A stretch of DNA of 61,875 nt, counting the filler, from Globobulimina sp. (lineage: Eukaryota), in assembly GCA_003354225.1 (NCBI GenBank). It is 25 parts of 25 records of this genome, joined end to end, with 100 filler letters (N's around TTAATTAATTAA, not from the genome) between each part and the next. Parts side by side here need not be neighbours in the genome. Positions count along the whole stretch, not along the records: positions 59,499 to 61,875 come from PIVH01007045.1; 24 more parts are not named here. One strand, written 5' to 3'. The translations under genes and the position numbers were made by a program. The notes beneath the pieces were generated by a model. It was not told the DNA's origin, did not search any database, and saw nothing but the letters and a program-made list of their open reading frames with translations. How positions within the stretch are numbered: position 1 is the stretch's first letter; every line of letters starts with the position of its first letter. Shown here piece by piece: positions 59,499 through 61,875 of the stretch.

Positions 59499-61779
59499 TG
59501 CTTTGGTTGCATACTCAGTCTTCGCTTCTTTTTTTTATTACCGTTGCCACGCATTATCCTCCGCAGTCTGATGCGTATATTATTGATTGGCCATTGCTCG
59601 CAATCCACAGCTTCGTTATTATTCAATTTCCTTTTCTTAGCAGCTGGCGCCTTCACTGCGTCTATATTATGCTCGCAAATCCATCCATTCTCGATATATT
59701 CATGGAAGACAGGCACAACAATGTCGTTATTATACTCATTTTTCACATTAATATTTGGATGTCGTTTGTGTGAAAATATTTTCTTCGGTTTGCTATATTC
59801 AATGTATGCTTTCAATCGCGCTGCAAAGTCGAATTCATTATAAATTGGCGCCATGAGCCCCGGGAATCTGTCCGTAAAATCAAACATATGTTGGATGTAA
59901 TTCCTCCATTCTCGCTTGGACGTTCTATCTAAGTTTTTAATGATTGTTTTGCAGGAAATGCCATCGATGTCGCCTAAATATAAAAAAATATGCAACGCAG
60001 TGATGCAATTTGCTTGTAATAACGCCTCGTTTTCGTAGAATGTTAAGATGCTTTCGCGATTAAAGCCACAGCGCGATTTTAATAAAATGGGCACGATGTC
60101 GTCAATGCTGTATTGGGCCTCGTATTGCCAACGGATAAATAAATAGGAACAGGGCGGCAAAGTGACGTAAAACAATTCCTTTAAGAATTCAATCACTTCC
60201 TTCCTTCGCATTATCTGATTTCGTACTGTACAAAAACACGAAAACGATATTTATACAAAACAGAGAGAAAACAGCAACATTCAGTACCTTTGACACATAA
60301 TGACAACAATGGTAATATGACCAACACCGCTTTTTTAACGTGGAAGGTATAGAGAGAGTCAATGCAATTTGCAAAACGAAACACGTTCGCAAAATAGGCC
60401 ATATATTTCTTGCCACATTCAGTTAAATACTTATTTTTCTGCGCCGAATGTGGAATAATTGCATCATTTAAGTGCTTATTGTCGGTGCTATGAATATCTT
60501 CGTCGTCTTCCGTGGTCGAGGTGGCATAAAACATATTGACTTCAAATTCATTGCCTTCTAATTGGTATTCATCGCATAAGGAAATGAAGGAAAGTCCTAA
60601 ATTATAAACTAAATTATATAAAAACTTGTGCTTATTTTCAGTTTTATAGACATATGTTTTATGGCATATCCATTGTAATAAATTCAATGCGCAGTCAAAC
60701 CGCACCACACTAAAATGCATCAATTGCAACATAATGACTCGCTGCGAGGGATGTTTTAATATCATGTCATACATTTTAGTGCCGTCCGGCGACGATAATA
60801 TATCATTTATGATAATAAAAATACATTTAATCAATAAGCGATGGAATTGGATGGTGAGCTGAGCAGATTTGGCCATCCTCCATCTATTAGCGGATATATA
60901 TTGTTTCATGTCATTGTGTGATGGCTGTGGCATGTTGTCATCTGAGTTAGTTTCAGAATCATCGGAGGTGTTATTATTATGGTTATGTTGTGTTTTTTTA
61001 TGCATTTTGGAATGGAACGGCAATTCCAATGATTTGCAATGTATTGATTCGGGCAAAACATAGGTACCTAATAATTGCAGCAATGTATAGAATAATATGC
61101 TAATAAATGATTGTGACGATGTGAAGTAATTTCGTATGGTATGACTGTTGTGTTTGGCAGTGGTCTCACAAATTATTATATTGATCATTAATATTAATGT
61201 CTTACTTAATTGTTTGACAAATTGCGGTGTTAATAATCTATGTTTGTGGTAGGAGACAGTGGCAATTATCTCAAATAGCCATTGTTTGGCACTATTATGG
61301 TTAGTATCGGTTGCATGGTTAATGCATTTGGATCGATTTTGTTTGCTCACAAAAACTAATGTTTTGCGTAAGATATCAATGAATATTATATCTAATACAT
61401 TATGAATGATGGATTGGTTTGGGATTAATGTTTTTTTTAATATATTAATTGGAGGATTGGTGAATGACATTGATAGCGCACATAACCAATGTATAAATTT
61501 AGCGCATTTGATGTTGTTGTCGGTGTTATAGTCATTGTTTTGTAATTGTTTAAAAAGTGATTGCGATGCAATAGAGATTACTTGGCATACATTAAAAGTG
61601 TTATTATTGTCATCATTGTTATTGTCATCATCGGCCATATCATCATCGGCCATATCATCATCAGAGACGTTTTTTAATTTAATCCACAAGTCATCATTAT
61701 GTGCATAAACGTCCTCGTATAATTTTAAAATGTTATCACATATCTTCCATGCCACTTCAACTGTGACTGTCGTCGCCAT
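59499..61779 (-). CDS. Large helical hypothetical protein, 3'-truncated
   Basis: Intron 60226-60287 joins the 522-aa and 254-aa ORFs in frame. NLS-like PAAKKRKL. Confidence 0.7.
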
Positions 61780-61875
61780 TCAACAAACAAAAAGTTTTTT
61801 TTTTTTTTTTTTGAATTGGGTACTAAACGCAAGCGTAGCTTAATTAAATTATTTCAACAATAAGGGTATAACATA

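Overview
This window is not one locus. It is 25 unrelated short contigs (2380 down to 2377 bp, sorted by length) joined by an artificial 100-nt spacer (44 N + TTAATTAATTAA + 44 N, stops in all frames), so nothing can be inferred from neighbourhood across spacers. Almost all contigs are AT-rich, gene-dense eukaryotic genomic DNA with short GT-AG introns (about 40-120 nt) and the standard genetic code. The protein families resemble those I recall from foraminifera such as Reticulomyxa (inference, not tested). Recognisable genes: OST3/6 subunit, GH31 alpha-glucosidase, IPNS-like 2OG-Fe(II) oxygenase, Atg22-like MFS transporter, SmE, GHITM/BI-1, an RCC1 protein, class II HDAC, an ICMT-family methyltransferase, SPATA4-like, an F-box protein, a cathepsin L-like protease, a DEAH helicase, an FAD oxidoreductase and a tristetraprolin-like CCCH protein. 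Best leads: (1) ADP-ribosyltransferase-fold proteins on three separate contigs, each with altered catalytic residues; (2) two bacterial/phage-eukaryote junctions inside contigs (chimera or gene transfer); (3) a MITE with CACTA ends; (4) a candidate structured ncRNA near a GNA-hairpin tandem repeat; (5) short motifs recurring in unrelated proteins; (6) introns with A-rich rather than pyrimidine-rich acceptors. I found no CRISPR array, rRNA or tRNA, and no multi-gene novel system can be demonstrated from these fragments.
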